Part shown: one piece after another, positions 47,793-57,703 of the stretch
How the letters are laid out: every line of letters starts with the position of its first letter
Position numbering within the stretch: position 1 is the first letter of the stretch
Position numbers and translations under genes: made by a program
The notes under the pieces: model-generated
Databases searched by the model: none
What the model was told of the DNA's origin: nothing
Seen by the model: only the letters and a program-made list of their open reading frames with translations
Source of the DNA: an uncultured Flavobacteriales bacterium
Lineage (GTDB): Bacteria > Bacteroidota > Bacteroidia > Flavobacteriales_D > Parvicellaceae
DNA: 64,000 nt
Assembly (NCBI GenBank): GCA_963922585.1
Contig: CAWUIK010000002.1
Span: 1,342-65,341, forward strand
Direction: 5' to 3'

Positions 47793-49070
47793 TTAGTAAT
47801 GAAAACAATCTCCAATGGCAACACCTGTTTTCCAATTGCCAATGAATTGAATAGAAGGGTTTTCTTTTTCAAATGTCGCTATTTTATTTAAAATTGCTTC
47901 GTGCCCCACTTCATATTGTGGAATGGCTTTATTCCAAACTTTATGTGACTGATAAATTGGTTTTGAATTTATTTTATACAATGATTTCAAATCATTTACT
48001 GCTTCTTCAATTCGTTTTGACACTTCTTCCTCTGAAGGGTTTGAAGTGATGGGAAGAAAAATATTGTATTGGTAATATTCAGAGTTGGGGTGGGTTTTGA
48101 AAACGCTATTATAATTGATAATTCCCAAAATTGATTTTTTGGATTGTTTTGGAAACAAAATACCAAAGGCATCGAGATGAGAAGGAACATCTTTTTTCAA
48201 ATAGGAAAATTGTAAAGATAATAAGGAAGGATATTTTATTTTTTCTAATTCTTTAGCAATTTGATTATCAATAGAATTAATTATTCGAGCAGTGATGTAT
48301 GACGGTGTTGCAAATATAATTTTTTTGGTTTGTAAAGTTTTGTTGGTCGTTTTTACAGAAATTAATTCATTATTTCTTGAAACGCTCAACACCTCTTCAT
48401 ATAGAATATGATTTAATTTTTGTGCTAAAGTATCCGTTAATTGTTGGATGCCTTTTTGAAAACTAATCACTTTTCTTTTGCCATTCTTTTTTGAACTTTT
48501 TAGAAATCCTTTGGAAAAAGAGCCGTATTCTTGTTCGAATTCAAACAATCGTTTCATAGAAGTTTTGTACTCCAAGGTCTCAGTATCTCCAGCATAAAAA
48601 CCGCTAATAATAGGATTGACTAATTTTTGTAGAATTTCATCATTGAACCTTCTTCTAATAGCATTTGCTAAAGTCTCATTGGGAATAACTTCTGATTTTT
48701 TGAATCTTTCAGTCAGCAATTTAATTTTAGATTTGAAAGATAGAATCTCCCTAGAAAAAAGTAATTTCTTTAGGTTTATTTCTGTGGGGCGGTCATTTAA
48801 AAAAATATATCTTTTTTGAGCGGCTGGATCTGCTGAAACAATTTGTGAAGTTAAATTCAAATCTTCAATTAGGTGTTTGCATTTTTCATCAACGGCAAAG
48901 GAATTGGGACCCAATTCAAAATTGCCAAAATCATTTTTTTTAGAAATTATAACTCCTCCACAAAAATCGTTTTTCTCTACTAACAATATGTTGAACCCCT
49001 TTTTTTCAAGTGAATATGCCATCGAAAGCCCGCTAATCCCTCCTCCAACTATTATGTAATCGTACAGCAT
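47793..49070 (-). CDS. hemY: FAD-dependent protoporphyrinogen oxidase (HemY type)
   Basis: The N-terminal dinucleotide fold is YDYIIVGGGISGLS. It is 425 aa and adjacent to hemH in a heme locus. Confidence 0.7.
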   Translation of the reverse strand: MLYDYIIVGGGISGLSMAYSLEKKGFNILLVEKNDFCGGVIISKKNDFGNFELGPNSFAVDEKCKHLIEDLNLTSQIVSADPAAQKRYIFLNDRPTEINLKKLLFSREILSFKSKIKLLTERFKKSEVIPNETLANAIRRRFNDEILQKLVNPIISGFYAGDTETLEYKTSMKRLFEFEQEYGSFSKGFLKSSKKNGKRKVISFQKGIQQLTDTLAQKLNHILYEEVLSVSRNNELISVKTTNKTLQTKKIIFATPSYITARIINSIDNQIAKELEKIKYPSLLSLQFSYLKKDVPSHLDAFGILFPKQSKKSILGIINYNSVFKTHPNSEYYQYNIFLPITSNPSEEEVSKRIEEAVNDLKSLYKINSKPIYQSHKVWNKAIPQYEVGHEAILNKIATFEKENPSIQFIGNWKTGVAIGDCFHY

Positions 49071-49117
49071 TTTTGTTCAATCTTTGATTTAAGTTTTTAA
49101 TTTCTTATCTCAATTTT

Positions 49118-50170
49118 TCAATCTTCAACATCAATCGATGCTTTAGCGAAGGTTGGCAGTCTCTCCCTCGTCCACTCCGCAATCGTTTCAGCCCAAGCAT
49201 CTTCAGCATTCAAACAACTAACTACTTCAAATTTTTCTCCACCGGCTTCTGTAAAAATTTCTTTTCCTTCCATTCTCATTTCCTCCAAAGTTTCTAAACA
49301 ATCAGCAACAAAAGCAGGCATCACTACCGCTATTTTTTTGACTCCTTGGCTAGGAAGTTCTGCCAATGTTTTGGCATTATAAGGTTTCAACCATTCGGCT
49401 CTTCCAAGTCTAGATTGAAAAGTATTTATTACTTTATTTGCATCCCAATTTAATTGTTCTACAACACATTTTGTGGTTTCAAATGATTGGTGTCTGTAAC
49501 AAGTTTTATGTGCCTCAGAAGGGGTGTTGCAACATGAACCATCTATTTTACAATGAGACTTGGTAGGGTCTGACTTGCGAATATGTCTTTCTGGAATTCC
49601 ATGATATGAAAAAACTATTTTATCAAAATCATCTATATTGATTTGTCTATTAATAGAATCAGAAAGCGTTTTGATGTATTTTTTATCGTTGTAAAAAGAT
49701 GGAATAATATCCATTTTCCATGTTGCATTTTGTTTGGCAACCTCCTCTTTGAGTTTTTCAACCACTGTTTCTGTCGAACTCATTGCATATTGAGGATACA
49801 TCGGCAAAACTACCAATTCTGTTATGTTTTTGGATTTTAGATCCCTTACCACACTTGCAATGCTAGGATTACCATATCGCATGGCTATAGTTACATAGAC
49901 ATCATCACCTAAAATGTTTTTTACTTTATCTCTGAGTTGCTCACTATATACCATCAATGGTGAACCTTCTGGAGTCCATACTTTTTGGTATGCTTCTGCT
50001 GATTTGGCAGGTCTGGTATTAAGAATAATTCCTTTAATCAAAAGCGCTCTTTTCCAATAAGCAATATCTATAACCCTTTCGTCCATTAGAAATTCCGCAA
50101 GGTATGTTTTTACATCTTTTTTAGAAGGGCTTTCTGGAGTTCCAAGATTAATAAGTAATAATCCTTTCAT
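49118..50170 (-). CDS. hemH: ferrochelatase
   Basis: LLINLGTPESPS..., PMYPQYA, and FSYHGIPE motifs. Confidence 0.9.
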   Translation of the reverse strand: MKGLLLINLGTPESPSKKDVKTYLAEFLMDERVIDIAYWKRALLIKGIILNTRPAKSAEAYQKVWTPEGSPLMVYSEQLRDKVKNILGDDVYVTIAMRYGNPSIASVVRDLKSKNITELVVLPMYPQYAMSSTETVVEKLKEEVAKQNATWKMDIIPSFYNDKKYIKTLSDSINRQINIDDFDKIVFSYHGIPERHIRKSDPTKSHCKIDGSCCNTPSEAHKTCYRHQSFETTKCVVEQLNWDANKVINTFQSRLGRAEWLKPYNAKTLAELPSQGVKKIAVVMPAFVADCLETLEEMRMEGKEIFTEAGGEKFEVVSCLNAEDAWAETIAEWTRERLPTFAKASIDVED

Positions 50171-50289
50171 GTGTTGATTTTTGATTTTGATTTACAAATT
50201 TTGATAAAATTTACCTAAAAATGTAACTATTTGTTAATATTTGACAATTGAATGACAAATGAATTTATGCAAAAAATAAGGGTTCGTTA

Positions 50290-50297
50290 TACTTTTG
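50290..50297 (+). promoter_or_regulatory. -7 promoter box (TAnnTTTG) for the hemA operon
   Basis: TACTTTTG ends 22 nt before the hemA TTG start at 50319. Confidence 0.45.
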
Positions 50298-50318
50298 CGG
50301 TCATACAAATAGATCGTT

Positions 50319-51536
50319 TTGGAAAACAAACAAACATTCTTTATCATTGGTATCAATTATAAAAAGGCCGACACTTCCATGAGAAGTAAATTTAGCTTTT
50401 CTGAAAATGACTTAAAGTTATTGATACTTGAAGCTCAAGAAAAAGGAATTTATCTATTTGCTACAAGCACATGCAATAGAACAGAAATCTACGGATATTG
50501 TTCATACGCAACTGATTTAATTCAACTTTTGTGTAAATACAGCACTGGAAACGAAATAGAATTCATGACCAATTCCTACATTTTACAAGGAGATGACGCT
50601 GTTAAACATTTATTTAGATTAGGTGTTGGGTTGGAAAGTCAGATTTTAGGAGATTTTGAAATTATTGGGCAAATCAAAAGAGCATTCAACTTTGCAAAAG
50701 AGTTAGGCGCTACCAATGATTACTTGGAAAGAATCACCAATGATGTCATCAGAACTAGTAAAGCCGTAAAAAACAACACTAATTTTAGCACTAAAGCCGC
50801 TTCTGTTGCTTATGCTGCTGTTCAGTGGATTAAAGAAAATTTTGCTAACAAAGAAAATATCAATATTACCTTATTGGGAACTGGCGAAATTGGTAAAGTA
50901 ACTTGTGCAAATTTAGTAAAATACTTTCCAATTGACTCTATTACGCTTGTAAACAGAACAATTGAAAAAGCTGAGCAAATAAGCACCAAATTTCATGTAA
51001 AGTTTGAAAGTTTTGAGAATTTAAACTTAGTATTAGACCAAACAGATGTTTTGATTGTCGCTACTAATGCTGAAAAACCAACTATTACCGATAAAGAAAT
51101 AGGAGAGAAAGCCATTTCAATTATTGATTTATCTATTCCAAGAAACGTTGATGCAACCAAAAGTAATGCAAATGTGATAACTTTAGATGATTTGACAGTT
51201 GTTGTGGATAAAGCACTTGAAAGTAGAAAAGCTGAAATTCCAAAAGTGGAAACTATCATTGAAGAACGTATTTCTGATTTTGATGAATGGGTTCAATCCA
51301 GATCTCATAAAGATGTGGTTATTGCTTTTAAAAGAAGATTAATAGAAATTCAAACAGAAGAGTTGAATTATCATTCTAAAAAAATTGAAGGCTTGAATGT
51401 TGAACATGTTCAAATTGTATCTGAAAGAATCATTCAAAAAGTAACTAAGCAGTTTGTGACTCATCTCAAAAATACAGAATCAAATTCATATGAATCTGTG
51501 AAGATTATGAATGAAATTTTTAAACTTGAAATTTGA
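50319..51536 (+). CDS. hemA: glutamyl-tRNA reductase
   Basis: STCNRTEIY (catalytic Cys), ESQILGDFEI, and GTGEIG NADPH-fold motifs. TTG start. Confidence 0.85.
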   Translation: MENKQTFFIIGINYKKADTSMRSKFSFSENDLKLLILEAQEKGIYLFATSTCNRTEIYGYCSYATDLIQLLCKYSTGNEIEFMTNSYILQGDDAVKHLFRLGVGLESQILGDFEIIGQIKRAFNFAKELGATNDYLERITNDVIRTSKAVKNNTNFSTKAASVAYAAVQWIKENFANKENINITLLGTGEIGKVTCANLVKYFPIDSITLVNRTIEKAEQISTKFHVKFESFENLNLVLDQTDVLIVATNAEKPTITDKEIGEKAISIIDLSIPRNVDATKSNANVITLDDLTVVVDKALESRKAEIPKVETIIEERISDFDEWVQSRSHKDVVIAFKRRLIEIQTEELNYHSKKIEGLNVEHVQIVSERIIQKVTKQFVTHLKNTESNSYESVKIMNEIFKLEI

Positions 51537-52444
51537 AATCATCCATTCGAATAGGGACAAGGAAGAGTGAATTAGCGCAATGGCAGGCTAAATTAGTCAA
51601 AGATTTATTAGAAAAACAAGGCGTTGCATCTCATTTAGTTTTGGTAGATTCTGAAGGAGATCAAAATCAAACGGTACCATTGTATGAAATGGGTGTAGTA
51701 GGGGTTTTTACCAAAACTTTAGACATAGCATTACTCAATAATAAAATCGACATTGCCGTACATTCTATGAAAGACGTTCCAGTTGGATTGCCCAAAGGAA
51801 TTATTGAATTTGCTATACTCGAAAGAGGCGAAGTGGAAGATGTTTTTGTGAAGCATCCAAAGAATGAATTTTCAACTGCTATTGCGACAAGCAGTCTCAG
51901 AAGAAGATCGCAATGGCTCAACAAATATCCTGATTTTACAATTGAAGAATTGCGAGGAAATGTAAATACGCGTCTTCAAAAAGTAGCGGGAAGCAATTGG
52001 AAAGGCGCAATTTTTGCCAAAGCAGGATTAGAAAGAATTAACGTTTTACCCAAAGATGCAGAAGTCCTAGAATGGATGATTCCAGCTCCTGCACAAGGTG
52101 CTATCATGGTGGTGGGAAGAGAAAATGAACCTGCATTTTTGGAGGCTTTGAAAACATTAAACCACACTAATACATCAAACTGTGTTACTATCGAACGACA
52201 AGTATTGAAAATTTTGGAAGGTGGTTGTACTGCACCCATTGCGGTAAATGTAAAAGAAATGCAAGATAATTATAATGTTAGCGCAGGATTATACAGTCTT
52301 GATGGACAAAGAAAAGTAGAGGTTTTTGAGTCTTTTTCAAAAGTAGATCATAGTGTAATTGCAACTCAAGTTTCCAAAATGCTTCTTAAAAATGGTGGCG
52401 AAGCAATCATGAAAGAAATAAAAGCATTCAATAATAAAAATTAA
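51533..52444 (+). CDS. hemC: hydroxymethylbilane synthase (porphobilinogen deaminase)
   Basis: IRIGTRKSELAQWQA, RGNVNTRL, and LEGGCTAPI motifs. TTGA overlap with hemA. Confidence 0.9.
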   Translation: MKSSIRIGTRKSELAQWQAKLVKDLLEKQGVASHLVLVDSEGDQNQTVPLYEMGVVGVFTKTLDIALLNNKIDIAVHSMKDVPVGLPKGIIEFAILERGEVEDVFVKHPKNEFSTAIATSSLRRRSQWLNKYPDFTIEELRGNVNTRLQKVAGSNWKGAIFAKAGLERINVLPKDAEVLEWMIPAPAQGAIMVVGRENEPAFLEALKTLNHTNTSNCVTIERQVLKILEGGCTAPIAVNVKEMQDNYNVSAGLYSLDGQRKVEVFESFSKVDHSVIATQVSKMLLKNGGEAIMKEIKAFNNKN

Positions 52445-53136
52445 TGCCGATTAACGAAATCAAAATACTGTCAACTAAGAAATTATCAAATGAACAAAGA
52501 GATAAGATTACATCTTTTGCTCATCTTGTTGATTTTGATGTTTTGAATGAAGTGTCATTAAATCCAGTTTTAAATAACATTCGTGAAAACATTATTTTCA
52601 CAAGCTATAAAGGGGCACAAGAAGGCTTAAGGCTGCTTTCAAAAACTGCAAATCAACATCATTTTTTGTGTATTGGAAATAAGTCATTAGAGTTGCTACA
52701 GAATAATAACTTGAATGTTTTGCATGCTGCGAATTATTCCTCAGACTTGGCTATTTGGATTGTCAAAGAATTGCCTAAAGCCTCATTTACATATATGTGT
52801 AGTCCTGATAGATTAGATAATTTGCCGATAATCTTAGACAGTCAAAACATTGATTTTAATGAAGTTTTCATATATGACACAGAAATTACGAATGTATCTT
52901 TATATCAAAGATTTCATTACGATATATATCTATGGTTTAGTCCCAAAGGTGTTAAAGCATTCCAATCTTCAAAGTTGAAAATGCAAAATGCAAAACATAT
53001 TTGTATAGGTAAAACAACTGCTCAAGAGGTTTTAAATACTTTTGAAATACAAGATAAAAATCAAGTGATTTATCCCGAATTTCCCTCGGTAGAAGGGATG
53101 ATTACACAAATTGAAAATACGATAAGCATCTATTAA
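52444..53136 (+). CDS. hemD: uroporphyrinogen-III synthase
   Basis: 230 aa. The sequence is weakly conserved, but the position (TAATG overlap with hemC, followed by hemE) and size fit HemD. Confidence 0.6.
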   Translation: MPINEIKILSTKKLSNEQRDKITSFAHLVDFDVLNEVSLNPVLNNIRENIIFTSYKGAQEGLRLLSKTANQHHFLCIGNKSLELLQNNNLNVLHAANYSSDLAIWIVKELPKASFTYMCSPDRLDNLPIILDSQNIDFNEVFIYDTEITNVSLYQRFHYDIYLWFSPKGVKAFQSSKLKMQNAKHICIGKTTAQEVLNTFEIQDKNQVIYPEFPSVEGMITQIENTISIY

Positions 53137-53140
53137 TATT

Positions 53141-54166
53141 ATGATAAAAAACGATTTATTTCTAAAAGCACTCAAAGGCGAATCCGTAAGTCGCCCACCT
53201 GTATGGATGATGCGTCAGGCAGGTAGATATTTGCCAGATTTTATGAAGTTAAAAATGGAATATGATTTCTTTACAAGATGTCAAACACCAGAATTAGCAG
53301 CAGAAATCACAGTGATGCCCATTCATCAAATTGGTACAGATGCCGCGATTTTGTTTTCGGATATCTTGGTGATTCCTCAAGCCATGGGAATTGAAGTGCA
53401 TATGAAACCTGATTTTGGTCCTTTTGTACCTAATCCAATTCGAAATATGCAAATGGTTGCCGATATTCCACCAACTGATGCAAAAGAAGCTTTGAAATAT
53501 GTTTACGATGCTATTATGTTGACCAAACAAATGCTTAATGATGAAGTTCCTTTGATCGGTTTTGCTGGAAGTCCATGGACCATTTTGTGTTATGTAGTAG
53601 AAGGAAGAGGTTCTAAAACATTCGACAAAGCAAAAGGATTTTGTTTTGAACACCCTGAAGCAGCACATCTTTTATTGCAAAAAATCACCGATGTTACCAT
53701 AGATTACCTTAAAGAAAAAGAAAAAGCAGGTGTCGATGCAGTTCAAATTTTCGACAGTTGGGGAGGATTACTTTCTCCAAAGGATTATCAAGAGTTTTCT
53801 ATGCCTTACATCAATCAAATTACCAAAGCATTGAAAGACCTTACTCCAGTAATTGTGTTTGGAAAAGGATGTTGGTTTGCTCTTGAAGATTATGCTCAAA
53901 CAGGCGTAAGCGCTTTGGGTGTGGATTGGACACTAAATGCAGATGTGGCAAGAAAATTAACTGATAATAAAATTACACTACAAGGAAATTTTGATCCTGC
54001 AAGACTGCTTTCTCCTATTCCAAAGATTAAAACAATGGTAAAAGAAATGATTGATGCTTTTGGAACAGATAGATATATTGCCAACTTGGGACACGGTATT
54101 TTACCCAATATTCCAGTAGATCACGCCAAGGCGTTTGTAGATGCAGTGAAGGAATACGAGGGGTAA
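53141..54166 (+). CDS. hemE: uroporphyrinogen decarboxylase
   Basis: [16 protein letters not shown] signature motif. 341 aa. Confidence 0.92.
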   Translation: MIKNDLFLKALKGESVSRPPVWMMRQAGRYLPDFMKLKMEYDFFTRCQTPELAAEITVMPIHQIGTDAAILFSDILVIPQAMGIEVHMKPDFGPFVPNPIRNMQMVADIPPTDAKEALKYVYDAIMLTKQMLNDEVPLIGFAGSPWTILCYVVEGRGSKTFDKAKGFCFEHPEAAHLLLQKITDVTIDYLKEKEKAGVDAVQIFDSWGGLLSPKDYQEFSMPYINQITKALKDLTPVIVFGKGCWFALEDYAQTGVSALGVDWTLNADVARKLTDNKITLQGNFDPARLLSPIPKIKTMVKEMIDAFGTDRYIANLGHGILPNIPVDHAKAFVDAVKEYEG

Positions 54167-54300
54167 TCGGGGTTTGGTGTTCGGGGTTTTTGATTTTCGA
54201 CTTAACGATAAGGGAAGATGGAGGATGTTTGATGTTTGAAGGGAGATGTGTGACTTAAAATTGGAAAACCAAAACCTTTGTGCACTTTGCGGTTAAAACA
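54167..54300. repeat. G-rich short-repeat spacer (TCGGGGTTT x2; GATGnnn heptamers x5; TGCGGTTAAAA motif)
   Basis: TCGGGGTTT lies at 54167-54175 and 54181-54189. Heptamers GATGGAG GATGTTT GATGTTT GAAGGGA GATGTGT lie at 54217-54251. TGCGGTTAAAA lies at 54289-54299 and also at 44984-44994. Confidence 0.6.
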
Positions 54301-54316
54301 CTAAAAACTAATAATA

Positions 54317-55219
54317 ATGAAAGAAATTTTTTCAAAATTTATTGATCAATTACAACAGGATATTTGTGTTGGCCTCGAACAAGAGGATGGATTAGCAAAA
54401 TTTCAAGCTGATGAATGGAAAAGACCCGGAGGTGGTGGAGGAAAATCTATGGTAATTCAAAATGGAAATGTTTTTGAAAAAGGAGGCGTTAACGTTTCTA
54501 AAGTTTATGGAAAACTTCCAGACACAATGATGGAAAAATTTGGTGTAACAGATTCAGATTTTTTCGCTTGTGGCATTTCCTTAGTCATTCATCCAAAGAA
54601 TCCTTTTGTACCAACTACACACGCAAATTTTAGATATTTCGAACTGTACGACAAAGATGGCTACATCAGTAAATACTGGTTTGGTGGAGGACAAGATTTG
54701 ACACCTTATTACTTTTTTGAGGAAGATGCCATTCATTTTCATCGAGTTTGTAAAACATTTTGTGACAATCATCATAAAGATTACTATACAAAATTCAAAA
54801 AATGGTGTAATGAATATTTCTTTAACTCTCACAGAAATGAAGCAAGAGGTATAGGTGGTATCTTTTTCGATTACCTTTCAGAAAATGAAGAAATGACAAA
54901 AGAGCAACTTTATGCATTTGTAAAAGAAGCGGGAAATAATTTCTTAAATTGCTATTTACCTATTGTAAGCAAAAGAAAAAACATTCCCTTCACTCAAGAG
55001 CAAAGAGATTGGCAAGAAATCAGAAGAGGAAGGTATGTAGAGTTTAATTTAGTTCATGACAGAGGTACGATATTTGGTCTGAAAACCAACGGTAGAATTG
55101 AAAGCATACTTATGAGTTTGCCACCGCATGTGCAATGGAGATACGAACACCATCCAGAAATTGGAACTCCAGAACACGAATTAGTTGAAGTTTTGACCCA
55201 CGAAAGAGATTACGTATAA
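54317..55219 (+). CDS. hemF: oxygen-dependent coproporphyrinogen III oxidase
   Basis: W.RPGGGGGKS...GNVFEKGGVNVS pattern. 300 aa. Confidence 0.9.
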   Translation: MKEIFSKFIDQLQQDICVGLEQEDGLAKFQADEWKRPGGGGGKSMVIQNGNVFEKGGVNVSKVYGKLPDTMMEKFGVTDSDFFACGISLVIHPKNPFVPTTHANFRYFELYDKDGYISKYWFGGGQDLTPYYFFEEDAIHFHRVCKTFCDNHHKDYYTKFKKWCNEYFFNSHRNEARGIGGIFFDYLSENEEMTKEQLYAFVKEAGNNFLNCYLPIVSKRKNIPFTQEQRDWQEIRRGRYVEFNLVHDRGTIFGLKTNGRIESILMSLPPHVQWRYEHHPEIGTPEHELVEVLTHERDYV

Positions 55220-56226
55220 TGGAATTGAACAACAGACATAGAAGATTAAGAACGAGTCCTTTTTTGAGAGACATCGTAAGGGAAAACTCTTTTTCTGTAA
55301 ATGACTTTATTGTGCCTCTTTTTGTCGTAGAAGGAGAAAATATCAAAGAGGAAATCGCATCCATGCCCAATTATTTTCGTTTTAGTTTGGATGAACTCAC
55401 CAAAGAAATCGAAACGATTGTTGCTTTGGGATTAAAATCAGTTTTGGTATTCGTAAAAGTTCCCGAACAACTCAAAGACAACGAAGGAACTGAAGCCTTA
55501 AATCCTAATGGATTGATGCAAAGAAGCGTAAAACACATCAAATCTATTGCACCACAACTGGTTGTAATGACAGATGTAGCTTTGGATCCTTATTCTTCTT
55601 TTGGTCACGATGGTGTGGTAGAAAACAACGAAGTAGTAAACGACAAAACGGTTGATATATTATCAAAAATGGCATTGTCTCACGCAGAAGCAGGAGCAGA
55701 TTTTGTAGCACCATCAGACATGATGGATGGTAGAGTAGGAGCGATAAGAACACAACTTGATCAAAGCAATTTTACCAATGTTGGTATTATGAGTTACAGT
55801 GCCAAATACGCTTCTTCATTTTACGGCCCGTTTAGAGATGCTTTGGATTCTGCTCCAGTACCAGGATTGGCTTTAAAAGACAAAAAAACCTATCAAATGG
55901 ATCCTTCAAACAGGCTGGAAGCCATCAAAGAAGTACTTTCCGACATTGACGAAGGAGCAGATATTGTGATGGTAAAACCCGGAATGGCTTATTTAGATAT
56001 CGTAAGAGATATTGCCAATCAAGTAGAAGTTCCGATTTCTGTGTATCAAGTAAGTGGAGAATATGCTATGATAAAAGCAGCAGTTGCTCAAGGATGGTTG
56101 GAAGAAAAAGAAGTGGTATTGGAAAGTATTATCGCTTTCAAAAGAGCTGGCGCCAAATTAATTGCGAGTTATTTTGCAAAAGATGTAGCGAAGTGGTTGA
56201 GGGAGGATTTTAAAGCGACATTTTAA
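55219..56226 (+). CDS. hemB: porphobilinogen synthase (delta-aminolevulinate dehydratase)
   Basis: RRLR..P.LR, APSDMMDGRV, and MVKPG motifs. TAATG overlap with hemF. Confidence 0.9.
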   Translation: MELNNRHRRLRTSPFLRDIVRENSFSVNDFIVPLFVVEGENIKEEIASMPNYFRFSLDELTKEIETIVALGLKSVLVFVKVPEQLKDNEGTEALNPNGLMQRSVKHIKSIAPQLVVMTDVALDPYSSFGHDGVVENNEVVNDKTVDILSKMALSHAEAGADFVAPSDMMDGRVGAIRTQLDQSNFTNVGIMSYSAKYASSFYGPFRDALDSAPVPGLALKDKKTYQMDPSNRLEAIKEVLSDIDEGADIVMVKPGMAYLDIVRDIANQVEVPISVYQVSGEYAMIKAAVAQGWLEEKEVVLESIIAFKRAGAKLIASYFAKDVAKWLREDFKATF

Positions 56227-56390
56227 TACAATACAAAGACAGTGTGAACTAAGATGAGTAAAGTTTTTAAGCAAAAACCTATTGATTTCATATAAAAACA
56301 CTATCTTTGGGTACAAATCAAGTTGTTAAACAACAGTCTTTTGAACCATAAAAGATAAAAATGTAGTTAAACTTTTTCTAATTTTCAACG

Positions 56391-56690
56391 TTGAACAAAT
56401 CTATGAGCTCATTTACTTTATATATTAAAAATTCTAATAAAAAGGTTTTGGCTTTACTTAAACTCATTCGTGAATCGGAAGATATTGTTCTTGAAGAGAA
56501 TGTTAATGATTACCATTTAACAGATGTTCAAAAATCAATCCTTGACCAAAGAAAAGTAGCCCATTTAACAGAAGCAAGCAAATCATTTTCTTGGGACGAA
56601 GTCAAAGAAAGAGCAAGAGCAAAGAAACTACAATTTAATTGTCAAGCAGGAAGCAGACCAAGAAATCACAGAGGCATACCGTTGGTATGA
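56391..56690 (+). CDS. antitoxin-like protein (same family as 489..707) with an abnormal C-terminal read-through
   Basis: ..LALLKLIRESEDIVLEENVNDYHLTDVQKSILDQRK......SFSWDEVKERARAKK parallels the ORF at 489. The last roughly 20 codons (LQFNCQAGSRPRNHRGIPLV) overlap the toxin frame. ATG at 56403 is an alternative start. Confidence 0.45.
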   Translation: MNKSMSSFTLYIKNSNKKVLALLKLIRESEDIVLEENVNDYHLTDVQKSILDQRKVAHLTEASKSFSWDEVKERARAKKLQFNCQAGSRPRNHRGIPLV

Positions 56691-56913
56691 AAATAAATCT
56701 GAAGGACTTGGAGAACGCTTTTTAAGTGCTTTAGAAGACTGTTTTTATACTATTGATATTAATCCTACAACCTACAAGAAAATTTATAAAGAACAAAGAC
56801 AGGCAATTGTAAAAACTTTCCCTTTTGTAGTTATTTACGAACACAAAAACAATGACATCATTGTTTATGCCGTTTTTGATACAAGAAAAGACCCAAACAA
56901 AAAATTTAGGTAA
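56632..56913 (+). pseudogene. ParE/RelE-family toxin reading frame lacking any ATG/GTG/TTG start
   Basis: NLIVKQEADQEITEAYRWYENKSEGLGERFLSALEDCFYTIDINPTTYKKIYKEQRQAIVKTFPFVVIYEHKNNDIIVYAVFDTRKDPNKKFR, then TAA (56911-56913). The frame opens at 56569 and has no canonical start codon, so it is absent from the ORF track. Confidence 0.55.
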
Positions 56914-57066
56914 TTTTTGAAATTTATGTTTCACAAAAAATTTCGAAGTTTTGGAAACTTAGTAGCCTTTCAAATTTTATTTTGGTGGGAGTAGCGGGGA
57001 ATTAGGTATAGAAACAACTACTTTGTTTATTTATCCTGCTTTCAGTAATTGATACTAATAATTTTA

Positions 57067-57074
57067 TACTTTTG
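57067..57074 (+). promoter_or_regulatory. -7 promoter box (TAnnTTTG)
   Basis: TACTTTTG upstream of the two small membrane-protein ORFs. Confidence 0.35.
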
Positions 57075-57159
57075 TATTTAACAATAGATATCATTATGGG
57101 TTCAAATTTAGAAAATTTAAGTGCAAACCATTCGAAAAACGAAGTTTTAATTTTGTGAA

Positions 57160-57378
57160 ATGAAAATAATAATAGCAATTTTGCTGGTAGTGGGAACCTT
57201 AGTATTAAGAGAGTATCTATCTGGTGTTATGATAAGAAATAAGGCAAAGGATTATTTATCTAAAAAACATCCAATGGCCCTGTCATTAGAAAGTAAGATA
57301 CAAAGAGAGCATCCTGAATTTACTAGGTCTCAACAATTATATTATATAGGATCTATGTTAAAAAAATTATCTCAATAA
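57160..57378 (+). CDS. small membrane protein, unknown function
   Basis: 72 aa with one N-terminal TM helix. Confidence 0.35.
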   Translation: MKIIIAILLVVGTLVLREYLSGVMIRNKAKDYLSKKHPMALSLESKIQREHPEFTRSQQLYYIGSMLKKLSQ

Positions 57379-57383
57379 ATAAA

Positions 57384-57581
57384 ATGCCGAAAACAAGTCA
57401 ACAAAATAGAAATGACAATAAGTCTTTTAATGTCGCCTTAGTTTTAGCTATAATAACTTACATCGTCATAAGTGTAAATTTAGATTTTGGTGTGTTTGGA
57501 TATATTCTGTTACTTATACTGGTTATACCTTTTGGTACAGTCGTATTTATGATTTTACTGAGTATATTTTTGGACTCATAA
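57384..57581 (+). CDS. small membrane protein, unknown function
   Basis: 65 aa with two hydrophobic helices. It starts 6 nt after the previous ORF. Confidence 0.35.
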   Translation: MPKTSQQNRNDNKSFNVALVLAIITYIVISVNLDFGVFGYILLLILVIPFGTVVFMILLSIFLDS

Positions 57582-57703
57582 TTTATTTGGTTATTCCCAC
57601 TGCTCCAGCACGAAACCAAATTCAACAAAGTAATCCTTCTATATTATTTTTGTTTATTAGTTTTTGGCTGAATTTCCTTACTTTTATCAAAAAATAAAAG
57701 AAA

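Noticed and set aside
54167-54316. Riboswitch or leader upstream of hemF
   Set aside because: The spacer is made of short direct repeats rather than a conserved multi-helix fold, and I recognise no riboswitch consensus. A repeat-element origin seems more likely.
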